Assembly (NCBI GenBank): GCA_963744995.1
Contig: CAVUWA010000011.1
Coordinates: forward strand, 96,001-160,000
Direction of reading: 5' to 3'
From: Candidatus Eiseniibacteriota bacterium
GTDB taxonomy: Bacteria > Eisenbacteria > RBG-16-71-46
Length of the DNA: 64,000 bases
The notes below the pieces were generated by a model. That model ran no database searches. It was not told where the DNA came from and saw only the letters and a list, made by a program, of their open reading frames with translations. This document shows, piece by piece, positions 37,893-48,666 of the stretch (the stretch's first letter is position 1; the number at the start of each line of letters is the position of its first letter). Both the position numbers and the translations under genes were made by a program.

Positions 37893-39785
37893 ATGAACGG
37901 TCCGGCCCGCACCGCGCCTGCGATCGCCCTCGCCTGCACGCTCGCTCTTCCCGCCAGCCCCGGCGCGACGACGCGTCACGGCGCCGGGGAGGTGATCGAG
38001 CGGTGGATCGAAGCAAGCGGCGGCCGCGAGGCGCGCGACGCGCAGCAGACCCTGCACGTAAAGGGCCGGCTCACCGCCGCCGAGCTGCACGGCACCTACG
38101 AGTTGTGGCTCGCCGCGCCCGATCGCTGGGCGATGCAGATCCGCCTCGGCTCGCTGCACATCCGTGACGGCTACGACGGCGAGACCGCGTGGCGCACCGA
38201 CCTGTCGGAGCGCAAGGTGAACGTGCTCGAGGGTCCGGAGCTCGAAGACGCACAGGAACAGGCGTTCTTCCTTCACGAGCGCTGGTGCGCGCCCGACCAG
38301 GGCGGCGCGAGCGTGCGGCTCGGCGCCAGGGTCTACGGCGCGGACGCCAGCTACAGCGTCATCGAGGTCACGCCGCCCGTCGGCCACACGCGCCGCATGT
38401 TCGTGAACGACAAGACCGGCCTGATCGACAAGGTCGAGTCGCGCGACGATCAGTACACGTCGGTCGAGCGCTGGAGCAACTACCCGAAGCACGAAGTGCG
38501 GCGCCGCCACCGGACGGTGCAGTGGGGCTACCCGCGCTGGGGCGAGAAGGATCCGGAGAAACTGCAGATCGACTCCGTGATCGTGAACCCGCCGATCGAC
38601 GAGGCGGTGTTCTCGCCGCCCGAGCTGCGCGCGCGCCGCATCCGCTGGGTCGGCACGCAGGGCAGCGTCAGGATCCCGTTCCGCTACGGCACGCGCCACG
38701 TGTGGGTGAAGGTGTCCGTCAACGGCTCGGCGCCCGCGGACTTCATCCTCGACACCGGCGCGAGCACGACGGCGATCGACCGCGACTGGGCCTACGAGGT
38801 CGGACTCGAACCGGAGGGCCGCAGCGTCGCGCAGGGTGTCGGCGGCGTCGACGAGATGCGCTTCGCACGGGTGAAGTCCATCTTCATCGATGCCGGCAGG
38901 GGACGGGGCGTCCGGCTGCCCGACTTCCGCGTCGGGCTGCTCGACATGGCCGAGGCGTTCGCGCCGACCCTGTGGCGGAAGCCCGCGGGGCTGCTCGGCA
39001 GCGACTTCCTCAGCCGGTTCGTCGTCGACGTCGACTACGACACGAACGTCGTGACGCTGTACGACCCCGAGACGTGGGTCCCCGCCGACGGCGCGACGGC
39101 GGTGCCGATGAAGCTCTACGGCAACATTCCGACCATCGCCCTCACGCTCGGCGACGACTGCGGCGGTCAGTTCCTGGTGGACGTCGGCAACGGCGGCGGG
39201 CTCGACATGCACGGCGAGGCGGTACGGCGCTGCCGCCTGTTCCGCGGGCTCAGGCGCGAGCGCGTCGAGATGTACGGCGGCGGGGTGGGCGGCGTCTTCC
39301 GCGTCACGCTGTGCCGCATGGACAGCCTGTCCATCGGGCCGTTCTCGTGGCAGGAGCCGATCGTCGGCCTCTCGCTGCACGGCCAGGGCATGCTCGGCAG
39401 CAAGGAGATCGCCGGCAACATCGGCAACGGCGTGCTCGAGAAGTTCCGCTGCGTGTTCGACTACCCGGGCAACCGGCTGTGGCTCGCGCCCGGGAAGCAC
39501 TTCGGCGAGCGCGACCGTCTGACGCGGCTCGGCGCCCTGCTCGTGCGCCTGCCGGAGCGCGTGATCGTCGGTCCGGTGATCCACGACTCCCCGGCGGACG
39601 AGGCCGGCCTCAAGCTGTTCGACGAGGTGCTCGAGATCGACGGCCGGCCCGCCACCGCCTGGACCCGCGAGCAATACGACCGCGAGATCGAGGACGGCGC
39701 GATCGGTGCGGTGCACACGCTGCGTATCCGCCGCTGGCGCGTGGACGAGATGACGGTCGAGGTCACGCTGCGCGACGTGCTTTAG
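37893..39785 (+). CDS. Exported aspartyl protease family protein with C-terminal PDZ
   Basis: Signal peptide, FILDTGAS, GLLGSDFL, second FLVDVG, GNIG, PDZ (SPADEAGL). Confidence 0.85.
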   Translation: MNGPARTAPAIALACTLALPASPGATTRHGAGEVIERWIEASGGREARDAQQTLHVKGRLTAAELHGTYELWLAAPDRWAMQIRLGSLHIRDGYDGETAWRTDLSERKVNVLEGPELEDAQEQAFFLHERWCAPDQGGASVRLGARVYGADASYSVIEVTPPVGHTRRMFVNDKTGLIDKVESRDDQYTSVERWSNYPKHEVRRRHRTVQWGYPRWGEKDPEKLQIDSVIVNPPIDEAVFSPPELRARRIRWVGTQGSVRIPFRYGTRHVWVKVSVNGSAPADFILDTGASTTAIDRDWAYEVGLEPEGRSVAQGVGGVDEMRFARVKSIFIDAGRGRGVRLPDFRVGLLDMAEAFAPTLWRKPAGLLGSDFLSRFVVDVDYDTNVVTLYDPETWVPADGATAVPMKLYGNIPTIALTLGDDCGGQFLVDVGNGGGLDMHGEAVRRCRLFRGLRRERVEMYGGGVGGVFRVTLCRMDSLSIGPFSWQEPIVGLSLHGQGMLGSKEIAGNIGNGVLEKFRCVFDYPGNRLWLAPGKHFGERDRLTRLGALLVRLPERVIVGPVIHDSPADEAGLKLFDEVLEIDGRPATAWTREQYDREIEDGAIGAVHTLRIRRWRVDEMTVEVTLRDVL

Positions 39786-39804
39786 CGGCAGGCCCCCGCG
39801 CCGG

Positions 39805-42591
39805 CTACTTCGCCGGTGGCGTGGCGGCCGCGATCAGGGCGGGCCTGCGCCGCGCGATGAGCCGCGCGAAGTCGGGGCGGTCGCGGATCGCCGCGAGATC
39901 CGGATCGTACTCGGCGCCCTGCAGCTGGCCACCGTTTTCGATCGAGCGGTGCAGCCACTCGAACGCGCGCTTCGCGTCGCCGCGGCTCGCCCAGTAGCCG
40001 CCGGCGAAGTAGCAGAGGTCGGGATCGTCCGGGCGCTGGTCGAGCCCCGGCCTGGCGAGCCCGTACAGCGAGTCCGCGCGCACGGTCTCGCCGTGCGCGG
40101 CCAGCAGCGACGCGAGCGACAGGTACGCCCAGACGGTGTTGCGATGGGCCGCACCGAGCGCTTCCTCGAGGATCCGCGCACCGGCCCGATAGTGGCGCTC
40201 GCCCTCCGCCGGGCGCCCCAGCGTGTACTCCGCCTGGCCCAGATAGACTTCCAGTGTCCCCAGCAGGCGGTTGCCGGCCGGCAGCGAACGGCGGCCGATG
40301 TCGAGCGCGCGCTCGAACTCCGAGCGCGACGTCTCGATCCGCCCCTCGGCGTAGTGCACGATCCCGAGAAACCCGATCGCGGTCGCGCGCACCGGCGTCA
40401 CCGGGCCGATCACCCGTGCCGCCAGAGCATCGCCGCGCGAGAGGTAATCCTCCGCGCCGCGCAGATCGCCGGTGAAGTAGCCCGACATGCCGACGCCGAC
40501 CATGCCGATGGCGACGTCGGGGTGGTCGGGGCCGAGCCGCTTCCTGCGGATCGCGAGGCACCTGAGCTTGTCGGCGAGGCTCGCGGCGTAGTCGTGGAAC
40601 CCGTCGTCGAGGATCGTCGCGCGCGCCTGGAGCGCGCGCAGGACCTTCAGGTGGTCGGGGCCGTAGATGCGCTCGAGCTGCGCGACGGCGTCGCGCGCGT
40701 AACCGAGCGCCGCGTGAAAGCGTCCGCGCTGGTACTCGAGGTAGGCGAGCGCCGTGCGCACCTCCGCCACCTCGGGATCGAGATCGGTGGTGCTGGTCTG
40801 CGCCTCCGCGAGCGAGCGCTGCAGGTTCCCGCTGGCCTCGTCGTACTCGCCGCGCGTCATCTCCACCATGCCGAGCTGGGTGCGAACGTTCCAGCGCTCG
40901 CGCCACGCGCTGCCGTGATCCCGGTCAAACGTCGCGAGCGCGCCGGCGTAGAGGCGCTTCGCCTCGTCCATCCGCCCGCGCCGCGCGGCCAGCTCGGCGC
41001 GCGCGACGTCCAGCCGGGCGCGGTCCAAACTGCCGCGCTCGAGCGAGCGAGCGGCAAGGCCGCCGGCGACCTTCAGCAGCGAGTCGGCCACGTCGAAGCT
41101 GCCGTGACTGATGCGCACGCGCGCGATCACGCTCAGCAGGCGCACCTGCAGCGCGGGCTCGCCGGCCAGTTCCGCGCGCACGTAGCCCGTCGCATCGTCG
41201 AGCAGCTCGCGCACCGTGGTCGAGTCCGAGCGCGAGCGGAACGGGTCGGCGCTGAACAGCATGCGCTGGATCAGAAACGAGGTGCGGTTCGCTGCCTGCG
41301 CTTCGCGCTCGGCGTGGTCGCGTTCCAGCGCGATGCGCGCCGCCTGCACCGACATCACCACCGCGAACACCATCAGCAGCGCGACGAAAGCGGCGCCCGC
41401 GCCGAGCGCGAGCCGGTGACGGCGAACGTATTTCGCCGCGCGATACGTCCACGTGTCGCCGCGCGCCGTCACCGGGAGCCCGGCCTGGTGGCGGCGCAGG
41501 TCCTCGGCCAGCTCGTCCACCGTCGCGTAGCGGCGATCGGGCTCCTTGCGCAGCGCCTTCATGACGATGTCGTCGAGGTCCCCGGCCAGCCGCCGCCTGA
41601 GCCCGCCGGCGTCGGCCGCAGGGGTGGGGGCGCTGTCGGCCTCCGGCGCCGCGGCACGCGTGGCCACTTCGCTCGGCTTGCGCGGCTCCGTGTCGCAGAC
41701 CAGGCGCGCCACCTCGCTCGGCGTGCGGGAGCTGAACACGTAGGGACGCCGGCCGCTCAGCAGCTCGTAGAGCAGGACGCCCAGCGAATACGTGTCGCTC
41801 GCGGTCGCCACGCGACCGCCGCGAATCTGTTCGGGACTCGCGTACTCCGGCGTGAACACCCGCCAGTCCGGACGCGTCACCGCGATCGACGCGGGCAGCG
41901 CGCTCGGGTCGAGCACTTTGGCGATGCCGAAGTCGAGCAACCGCACGCGGCCGTCGCCATCCACCAGGATGTTGCCGGGCTTGAGGTCGCGATGCACGAT
42001 CAGATTGTGATGGGCGTAGCGCACGACGTCGCAGACCGCGCGGAACAGCTCGATGCGCTGGTCGATGTCGAGGTCGTGCTCGGCGCAGTAGCGGTCGATC
42101 GGCACGCCCTCGACGTATTCCATCACCAGATACGGCAGGCCGTCGTCCGTCGTGCCGCTGTCGAGCAGCCGCGCGATCCCCGGGTGTTCGAGCTGCGCGA
42201 GCAGTTCGCGCTCCACGCGGAAGCGACGCAGGACGTCGTCGGTGTCCATGCCGCGCTTGAGGATCTTGACGGCAACGCGCTTGTGGAACTCCTCGTCGGC
42301 GCGCTCCGCGACGTACACCGCCCCCATCCCGCCGATGCCGATCACCGCCTGCAGGCGGTAGGGCCCGAGCCGCGCGCCGACGCGTTCTTCGCTGTGTCCT
42401 CCGGCGGCGTGGATCTCGGGGTCGAGGAAACGGCCGGCGGCCGCGTCCGCGTCGAGCAGGGCCTCGACTTCAGCGCGCAGGGCGGTGTCACCGGCCGAGG
42501 CGCGTTCGAGGAATGCGTCGCGCGCCGGGCCTTCGAGGTCGAGGGCCTCGAAGAAGATCTCGCGCATCCGGGCGTCGCGGTCGTCGCTCAC
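39805..42591 (-). CDS. Hanks-type Ser/Thr kinase with TM segment and TPR region
   Basis: GIGGMGAVY, VAVK, HRDLKPGN, DFG, TPEYASPEQ; GTGA overlap with the ECF gene. Confidence 0.93.
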   Translation of the reverse strand: MSDDRDARMREIFFEALDLEGPARDAFLERASAGDTALRAEVEALLDADAAAGRFLDPEIHAAGGHSEERVGARLGPYRLQAVIGIGGMGAVYVAERADEEFHKRVAVKILKRGMDTDDVLRRFRVERELLAQLEHPGIARLLDSGTTDDGLPYLVMEYVEGVPIDRYCAEHDLDIDQRIELFRAVCDVVRYAHHNLIVHRDLKPGNILVDGDGRVRLLDFGIAKVLDPSALPASIAVTRPDWRVFTPEYASPEQIRGGRVATASDTYSLGVLLYELLSGRRPYVFSSRTPSEVARLVCDTEPRKPSEVATRAAAPEADSAPTPAADAGGLRRRLAGDLDDIVMKALRKEPDRRYATVDELAEDLRRHQAGLPVTARGDTWTYRAAKYVRRHRLALGAGAAFVALLMVFAVVMSVQAARIALERDHAEREAQAANRTSFLIQRMLFSADPFRSRSDSTTVRELLDDATGYVRAELAGEPALQVRLLSVIARVRISHGSFDVADSLLKVAGGLAARSLERGSLDRARLDVARAELAARRGRMDEAKRLYAGALATFDRDHGSAWRERWNVRTQLGMVEMTRGEYDEASGNLQRSLAEAQTSTTDLDPEVAEVRTALAYLEYQRGRFHAALGYARDAVAQLERIYGPDHLKVLRALQARATILDDGFHDYAASLADKLRCLAIRRKRLGPDHPDVAIGMVGVGMSGYFTGDLRGAEDYLSRGDALAARVIGPVTPVRATAIGFLGIVHYAEGRIETSRSEFERALDIGRRSLPAGNRLLGTLEVYLGQAEYTLGRPAEGERHYRAGARILEEALGAAHRNTVWAYLSLASLLAAHGETVRADSLYGLARPGLDQRPDDPDLCYFAGGYWASRGDAKRAFEWLHRSIENGGQLQGAEYDPDLAAIRDRPDFARLIARRRPALIAAATPPAK

Positions 42592-43178
42592 GCCTGATCC
42601 TGCGCCGCCTCGGGTGGCTCGACCATCGCCCGGTAGAGCCATGCGCGCCCGAACTTCCAGTGGCGCTCCACGGTCGCGTCCGAGCGGCCGATCACCTCGC
42701 CGATCTCCTTGCTGGTGAGCCCGCCGAAGAACTTGAGTTCGACGATCCGCGCCACGTCGGGGTGCGCCGCGGCCAGGCGTTCGAGCGCCTCGTGCAGGGC
42801 GAGCAGCTCGGTGCCCGGTGCGTTCACCGAGAACGACACGGCGCGCTCGAGCGGAATGCGATCCCAGCCGCCGCCGCGTTTCTGCCGGCCACGCGCCCGA
42901 GCGTGGTCGATCAGCACGCGCCGCATCGCGCGTGCCGCCATCGCGAAGAAGTGCGCACGATCGTGCCACGCCACCTGTTCGCTGCCGACGAGCCGCATGA
43001 AGGCCTCGTGGACGACGGCGGTCGCCTGCAGCGTATGGCCGGGCCGCTCGCCGTTCAGATAGCCGCGGGCCAGTCGCCGCAGCTCGTCGTAGACGAGCGG
43101 AAACAGCTGCTCCGCCGCGGCTACGTCGCCGTGACTGGCACTGTGCAGAACCTGGGTGATGTCGCGCGGCGAGGACAT
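42588..43178 (-). CDS. Kinase-associated ECF sigma factor (TIGR02999/ECF43-like)
   Basis: VYDELRRLA, HTLQATAVVHEA, HFFAMAARAMRR.LIDHAR and KRGG motifs. Confidence 0.92.
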   Translation of the reverse strand: MSSPRDITQVLHSASHGDVAAAEQLFPLVYDELRRLARGYLNGERPGHTLQATAVVHEAFMRLVGSEQVAWHDRAHFFAMAARAMRRVLIDHARARGRQKRGGGWDRIPLERAVSFSVNAPGTELLALHEALERLAAAHPDVARIVELKFFGGLTSKEIGEVIGRSDATVERHWKFGRAWLYRAMVEPPEAAQDQA

Positions 43179-43326
43179 CGAGGGGTCTCCGGGAGCACGA
43201 TCCGGCCGGCCGGGCGGCCGCCGAAGGTCCATTATAGGCCACCGCGGCGCCGGATCGGCTCCGGCGCCGCGGCACGTCGCCCCGGCGATGGCACGGTGCG
43301 GGCGGAGAAAGCCGCGCCCGGGCGGT

Positions 43327-44868
43327 TCAGCCGGTCGTGGTCTCGGCGGCGCGTTCTTCTTCGCGCAGCCCGTAGAGCGGCTGGAACTTGCTCCACAGGT
43401 AGTCCATGTACGGCTCGATCGTGAGCGGCCCGCCGGTGACGCGCGCGAGCAGCTCCTCCGGCGTGAACTTCGAGCCGTGCTGATAGATGTTGTCACCGAG
43501 CCAGTCATGCAGCGTCGTGAACTCGCCCTTGCGGATCTCCGCCGGGATCTCCGGATGCACCTCCTTCGCCTTCGCGAAGAACTGCGCGGCCATGATGTTG
43601 CCCAGCGTGTAGCCCTGGAACACCCCGCCGATCGGGCCGCTGAACCAGTGCACGTCCTGCAGCACCCCGTCCTTGTGGTCGGTCACCTCGACGCCGAGGT
43701 CCTCCCTGTAGCGCGCGATCCACGCATCGGCGAGATCCTTGATCGCGAGCTTGCCTTCCAGCATGTCGAGCTCGAGACCGAAACGGATCATGACGTGCAG
43801 GTTGTAGGTGACCTCGTCCGCATCGGTGCGGATCAGCGTGCGGCCGACCTTGTTGATCGCGCGGTAGAACTCGTCCACCGACACGTCCTTCAGCTCGTTC
43901 GGGAAGTTCCGGCGGATCTCGGGGTAGAAGAACGTCCAGAAGTCCAGGCTGCGGCCGACCTGGTTCTCCCACAGCCGCGACTGGCTCTCGTGCACGCCGG
44001 ACGACGTGCCGTTCGCGAGCGGCGTGCCTTCGAACTCCATGCGGATGCCCTGTTCGTACATGGCATGCCCCGACTCGTGCAGCGTGCTGAACAGCGAGTC
44101 GGTGAGATCGTTCTGGCGCGCGCGCGTGGTGATGCGCACGTCGCCGAGCGAGAACTTGGTCATGAACGGATGATGCGTCATGTCCTGGCGGCCGCGCTGG
44201 AAGTCGTAGCCGTAGCGCTCGATCACGCCGAGGCCGAACGCGAGCTGCTTCGACACTTCGGCGTCGTGACGCAGGCAGGAATCATCGGCCGGTGGCCGCG
44301 AGGTGATCGCCTTCACGATCGGCACCAGACGCGCCCGCAGATCGCCGAAGATCCGGCGCACTTCGGCGGCCTTCATGCCCTGGTCGCCGAAGTCGATCAG
44401 CGGGTCGGCGATGTGCGCGTACCCGGGGAAGCAGTTGGCGAGCCTGCGGCTCAGGTCGAGCGTCTTCTCGAGTACGGGGCGCACACGATCGAAGTCGTTC
44501 GCGGGCCGCGCCGTGATCCATACGTTGTAGGCGTGGCTCCAGTGGGCCTCCATCTCGGTGACGAGCGCCGCGGGCAGGCGGGTCGCCAGCTCGAATTCGC
44601 GGCGCGCCGCGCGCACGAGGCAGAACTCGTCCGAATCCTTCGGCAGCGCCGCGACGTCCTTTTCGGCCGCGTCGAGCAGGCGGCCGAGCGCCGGATCCAC
44701 CTGGCATTCGTGGGCCAGCCGGCCGAGCAGCGCGAGCTGGCGTCCGCGCGCGTCCGCGCCGCCGGGCGGCATGTACGTGGTCATGTCCCAGCGCAGCAGC
44801 GAGGCCGCCATCTGCAGATCGTAGATCTCCGCGAGGCGCGCTTTCAGCTCTTTCATCCGGTCGTTCAT
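43327..44868 (-). CDS. Carboxypeptidase M32 (Taq family)
   Basis: HPF, DVRITTR, HESGH, HESQS, IRTDAD and GVLQDVHW motifs. Confidence 0.95.
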   Translation of the reverse strand: MNDRMKELKARLAEIYDLQMAASLLRWDMTTYMPPGGADARGRQLALLGRLAHECQVDPALGRLLDAAEKDVAALPKDSDEFCLVRAARREFELATRLPAALVTEMEAHWSHAYNVWITARPANDFDRVRPVLEKTLDLSRRLANCFPGYAHIADPLIDFGDQGMKAAEVRRIFGDLRARLVPIVKAITSRPPADDSCLRHDAEVSKQLAFGLGVIERYGYDFQRGRQDMTHHPFMTKFSLGDVRITTRARQNDLTDSLFSTLHESGHAMYEQGIRMEFEGTPLANGTSSGVHESQSRLWENQVGRSLDFWTFFYPEIRRNFPNELKDVSVDEFYRAINKVGRTLIRTDADEVTYNLHVMIRFGLELDMLEGKLAIKDLADAWIARYREDLGVEVTDHKDGVLQDVHWFSGPIGGVFQGYTLGNIMAAQFFAKAKEVHPEIPAEIRKGEFTTLHDWLGDNIYQHGSKFTPEELLARVTGGPLTIEPYMDYLWSKFQPLYGLREEERAAETTTG

Positions 44869-45114
44869 GAACCCCTCCCAGGGTCGGTTTTGTCCGCAGA
44901 GTCCCGAGCATTTGGCGGACGGCGGGCCCCCGCGGGGAGAACGCGCAGGCGCCACGTCAGGTTGCAGCCGTCCCGACAGGGTGAGGAGAATACGACAAAC
45001 GGCCCGGGAATGGGCCACCCGTTCGGCCGGCCGCTGGCCGGCCCGTCCCCACCCGGATCTGCCGCACGAACGGCGCGGCCGATCCGCACGGCGCATTCTG
45101 CGCGTGGAGGTGTC

Positions 45115-45942
45115 ATGCAGACCGGCTTCCCGAGTGACGATCTGATCGCCCTGATGACGCGCTACGGCCTGAGCGTGCTCGGCGCCATCGCCTTGCTGCT
45201 CCTCGGCCTGTCCGCCGCGCGCCTCGCCCGCCGCTGGGTGCGGCGCGCGCTGCGGCGCCACGCCGTGGACGAGACACTGACCCCCGTGCTCTCGAGCGTC
45301 TCGTATTACCTGGTGCTCACTTTCGTGCTGATCGCCGTGCTGGGCCTGTTCGGCGTCCAGGTCACGTCGATCGTCGCCGTGCTCGGCGCCGCCGCGTTCG
45401 CGGTGGGCATGGCTCTGCAGGGCACGCTCTCGAACTTCGCGTCGGGCATCATGCTGCTGGTGTTCAGGCCGTTCAAGATCGGCGACCTGGTGGAGGTCGG
45501 CGGCGCCTACGGCACCGTGCAGGAAATCGGGATCTTCTCGACCGCGCTCGATACGTTCGACAACGTCCGCTACATCGTCCCCAACACGTCCATCTGGGGC
45601 GCGACGATCAAGAACTACGCGACCCACGAGCGGCGTCGCAACGATCTGGTCGTGAGCATCTCCTACCGCGACGACATCCCGGCGGCGATGGCGGCGATCC
45701 GCGACGTGCTGGCCGGCGAGCCGCGCGTGCTGAAGGATCCGGAGCCGCAGGTGCTGGTCGGCGAACTCGGCGATTCCTCGGTCAACCTGTTCGTGCGGCC
45801 GTGGTGCGTCAGGGACGACTACTTCCCGCTGCGCTTCGATCTCACCTGGCGTCTGAAGGACGCCGTCGAGGCGGCCGGCTGCACGATTCCCTTCCCGCAG
45901 CGCGACGTGCACCTGTTTTCCGAGGAGCAGGTCGCGGGCTGA
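45115..45942 (+). CDS. mscS: Small-conductance mechanosensitive channel
   Basis: ALQGTLSNFASG, RPFKIGD and IPFPQRDVH motifs. Confidence 0.92.
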   Translation: MQTGFPSDDLIALMTRYGLSVLGAIALLLLGLSAARLARRWVRRALRRHAVDETLTPVLSSVSYYLVLTFVLIAVLGLFGVQVTSIVAVLGAAAFAVGMALQGTLSNFASGIMLLVFRPFKIGDLVEVGGAYGTVQEIGIFSTALDTFDNVRYIVPNTSIWGATIKNYATHERRRNDLVVSISYRDDIPAAMAAIRDVLAGEPRVLKDPEPQVLVGELGDSSVNLFVRPWCVRDDYFPLRFDLTWRLKDAVEAAGCTIPFPQRDVHLFSEEQVAG

Positions 45943-46118
45943 ACGCCGTGCCGCGGGCGCCGCGCGGAGACGGGGTGGAGAGATCGTCCCGAAGGCGTTA
46001 GGGTCGGGCCCGATTCGTCTGCGACGGTCCGCGTGCGCGAACCTTGTGCACGCGCTCGAGCGGTGAATGCACTGGCGTACCGTCGCGGCTGTTCCACCCG
46101 AACGACGGAGGCCTTCAT

Positions 46119-46934
46119 ATGACCACCGAACTCTTCGTTGCCGTCATCGCCCGGTGGGCCCCGCGGGTTCTCGGCGCGCTGGTCGTGCTCGTGGCCGGGC
46201 TGATGGTCGCCCGCTGGGTCCGCAGCGCCGTGCGCAAGGCGCTCGGACGACGCGGCACCGACGCCACGCTGATCCCGTTCGCGTCGAGCTTCGCCTATTA
46301 CGTGACGGTGACGTTCGTCGTCGTCGCGGTGCTCGGGATGTTCGGCGTCGAGGTGACGTCGGTCATTGCAGTGCTCGGCGCCGTCGCGTTCGCCGTCGGC
46401 CTCGCGCTGCAGGGCACGCTCGCCAACTTCGCCTCCGGCGTGATGCTGCTGCTCTTCCGTCCGTTCAAGGTCGGCGACTACGTGGACGCCGGCGGCACCG
46501 CGGGATCGGTCACCGAAATCGGCATTTTCTTCACGACGCTCAACACGCCGGACAACGTCCGCGTCGTGGTGCCGAATTCGGCGGTGTGGGGTCAGACCAT
46601 CCACAACTACGCGGCGAACGACACGCGGCGCAACGACATGGTGGTCGGGGTCAGCTACTCCGACGATCTGGGTAAGGCGATGGAGATCATCAACGGCGTG
46701 CTCGCGGAGGATCCGCGCGTGCTGCGCGACCCCGCCCCGACCGTGGCCGTCGCGGAAATGGCGGACTCGTCGGTCAACATCGTCGTGCGCCCGTGGTGCA
46801 ACAAGGGCGATTACTGGACTCTGCGCTTCGATCTCACCCGGCGGCTCAAGGAAGCGCTCGAAGCGGGCGGCTGTTCGATTCCGTTCCCGCAGCGCGACGT
46901 GCATTTGTTCCAGGAGACGGCCCAGACCGGATAG
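46119..46934 (+). CDS. mscS: Small-conductance mechanosensitive channel (tandem paralog)
   Basis: ALQGTLANFASG, RPFKVGD and IPFPQRDVH motifs. Confidence 0.92.
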   Translation: MTTELFVAVIARWAPRVLGALVVLVAGLMVARWVRSAVRKALGRRGTDATLIPFASSFAYYVTVTFVVVAVLGMFGVEVTSVIAVLGAVAFAVGLALQGTLANFASGVMLLLFRPFKVGDYVDAGGTAGSVTEIGIFFTTLNTPDNVRVVVPNSAVWGQTIHNYAANDTRRNDMVVGVSYSDDLGKAMEIINGVLAEDPRVLRDPAPTVAVAEMADSSVNIVVRPWCNKGDYWTLRFDLTRRLKEALEAGGCSIPFPQRDVHLFQETAQTG

Positions 46935-46954
46935 CGGGCCGGTGCGCAGCGGGT

Positions 46955-48550
46955 TCAATGGCCGAGCATCATCCCCACGCCCGGCCCGATCGGCAGGTGG
47001 AACGCCCAGAACGCGACGAGCATGAGCGTCCACAGGATCGTGAACGCGATCGTGTACGGCACCATGAGCGCGATGATCGTGCCGGTGCCGGACTTCGACT
47101 CGTAGCGCTGCGCGTAGGCGATCAGGAACGGCATGTACGGCATGAGCGGGGTGATCATGTTCGTGCACGAATCACCGACGCGATAGATCGCCTGCGTGCC
47201 TTCCGGCGTGAAGCCGAGCAGCACGAACATCGGCACGAACACGGTACTCATCACGGCCCACTTGGCGGACGACGAGGCGGTGAACAGGTTGAGGAATGCC
47301 GCGAACAGCACGAGCCCGGCGATGAGCGGCGCGCCGGTGAGCCCCATCGCCTTGAGCGTGTTGGCGCCGCCGATCGCGAGGATTGCGCCGAGGTTCGACC
47401 AGCCGAACCACGCCACGAACTGCCCGGCGACGAACGCGAGCACGATGTAGACGCCCATCGTGCCCATGGTTTCCCCGGAGATCTTCGCCACGTCGTGATC
47501 GTTCCTGAACCTGCCGGTCACGAGGCCGTACACGAGACCGGGCACGAAGAACAGCACGAGCACCCAGACCACCATGCTGTCGAACAGCGGGCGCAGCCGT
47601 TCGATCGGCGTGGCGCCGTCCACCCGCAGCGGCGCCCCGCCCGGTGCGGTCAGGACGACCATGAGGGCGATCACGGCCAGCAGCGACACGCCGGCCGCGA
47701 CGAGCCCGCGGCGCTCTCCCGGGCTCAGCGGGTGCAGCATCGTGCCGTGGTCTTCGCCCGCCGCCGGCGCCACGTCGGCCTCCGGCGGGGCGGCGCCGGC
47801 CGCGGCCGGGCGCCATGCTCCGAAGCGCGGCTCGACGAACCGGTGCGTGATCCAGGTGCCGAGCACCGTCAGCACCGGCGTCGAGATCAGCATGAACCAG
47901 TAGTTGCCGAGGATGTTCACCGTGTAGCCGGGCAGCAGTTTCGACGCATCGAGCGCGGCCTGCGACAGCCCGACCAGCAGCACGTCGAGGATCGTCGGCA
48001 GCAGGTTCGCACTGAATCCGCCCGAGACCCCGGCAAACGCCGCCGCGATACCGACCAGCGGGTGGCGCCCGACGGCGATGAACAGCATCGCCGCGAGCGG
48101 CGGCAGCAGGATGATCGCGGCGTCGCCGGCCATGCTGCCGTTGATGCCGGCGAACACGATCGCCGCGGTCAGAAGCGAGCGCGGCACGCTCATCGCGAAG
48201 CCGCGCAGCAGCACGGTCATCAACCCGCTCGCCTCCGCGATCCCGACGCCGAGCATCGCCACCAGCACGGTACCGAGCGGCGCGAAGCCGGTGAAGTTGC
48301 GCACCGCCTCGGTGAAGATGCGCCGCACCCCGTCGCGGTCGAGCAGGTTGATGGCCGCGATGGTGGACCCGTCCTTCGGGTGGATCGCGGACACGTGCAT
48401 CGACGCCGCGAGCCACGAGGCGATCAGCACCATGGCCCCGAACATGGCGAACAGGGTGACGGGGTGCGGCAGGGCGTTGCCGATCCGCTCGATCCGATCG
48501 AGCAGGCGGAAGCCGAGCGAGCGCGCGGGGCCGGCGGCGGGAGCGTTCAC
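46955..48550 (-). CDS. abgT: AbgT family transporter
   Basis: IERIGNALPHP, GVSGGFSAN, SSSAKW and YRVGDS.TN.ITP motifs. Confidence 0.92.
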   Translation of the reverse strand: MNAPAAGPARSLGFRLLDRIERIGNALPHPVTLFAMFGAMVLIASWLAASMHVSAIHPKDGSTIAAINLLDRDGVRRIFTEAVRNFTGFAPLGTVLVAMLGVGIAEASGLMTVLLRGFAMSVPRSLLTAAIVFAGINGSMAGDAAIILLPPLAAMLFIAVGRHPLVGIAAAFAGVSGGFSANLLPTILDVLLVGLSQAALDASKLLPGYTVNILGNYWFMLISTPVLTVLGTWITHRFVEPRFGAWRPAAAGAAPPEADVAPAAGEDHGTMLHPLSPGERRGLVAAGVSLLAVIALMVVLTAPGGAPLRVDGATPIERLRPLFDSMVVWVLVLFFVPGLVYGLVTGRFRNDHDVAKISGETMGTMGVYIVLAFVAGQFVAWFGWSNLGAILAIGGANTLKAMGLTGAPLIAGLVLFAAFLNLFTASSSAKWAVMSTVFVPMFVLLGFTPEGTQAIYRVGDSCTNMITPLMPYMPFLIAYAQRYESKSGTGTIIALMVPYTIAFTILWTLMLVAFWAFHLPIGPGVGMMLGH

Positions 48551-48666
48551 GCGGCGGAGAACAGCACGGAACGCCGCACCGTGACAAGAAAAAACGGCGC
48601 GGCGCCGCGCGGGCGGTGGCCCCGCGGCCGCCCGCCCGCCACATCACGCGCCGCGCCGCCGCGCGC

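Noticed and set aside
43289..43304. TGGCACGGTGCGGGCG sigma-54-like motif
   Set aside because: The -12 element is poor and the motif points into the 3' end of an opposite-strand gene.
43156..45114. Apparent long N-terminal fusions on MscS (also on PmbA, the histidine kinase, the Ser/Thr kinase and M32)
   Set aside because: The extensions overlap other real genes, and internal starts with an RBS or stop-start overlap explain each protein.
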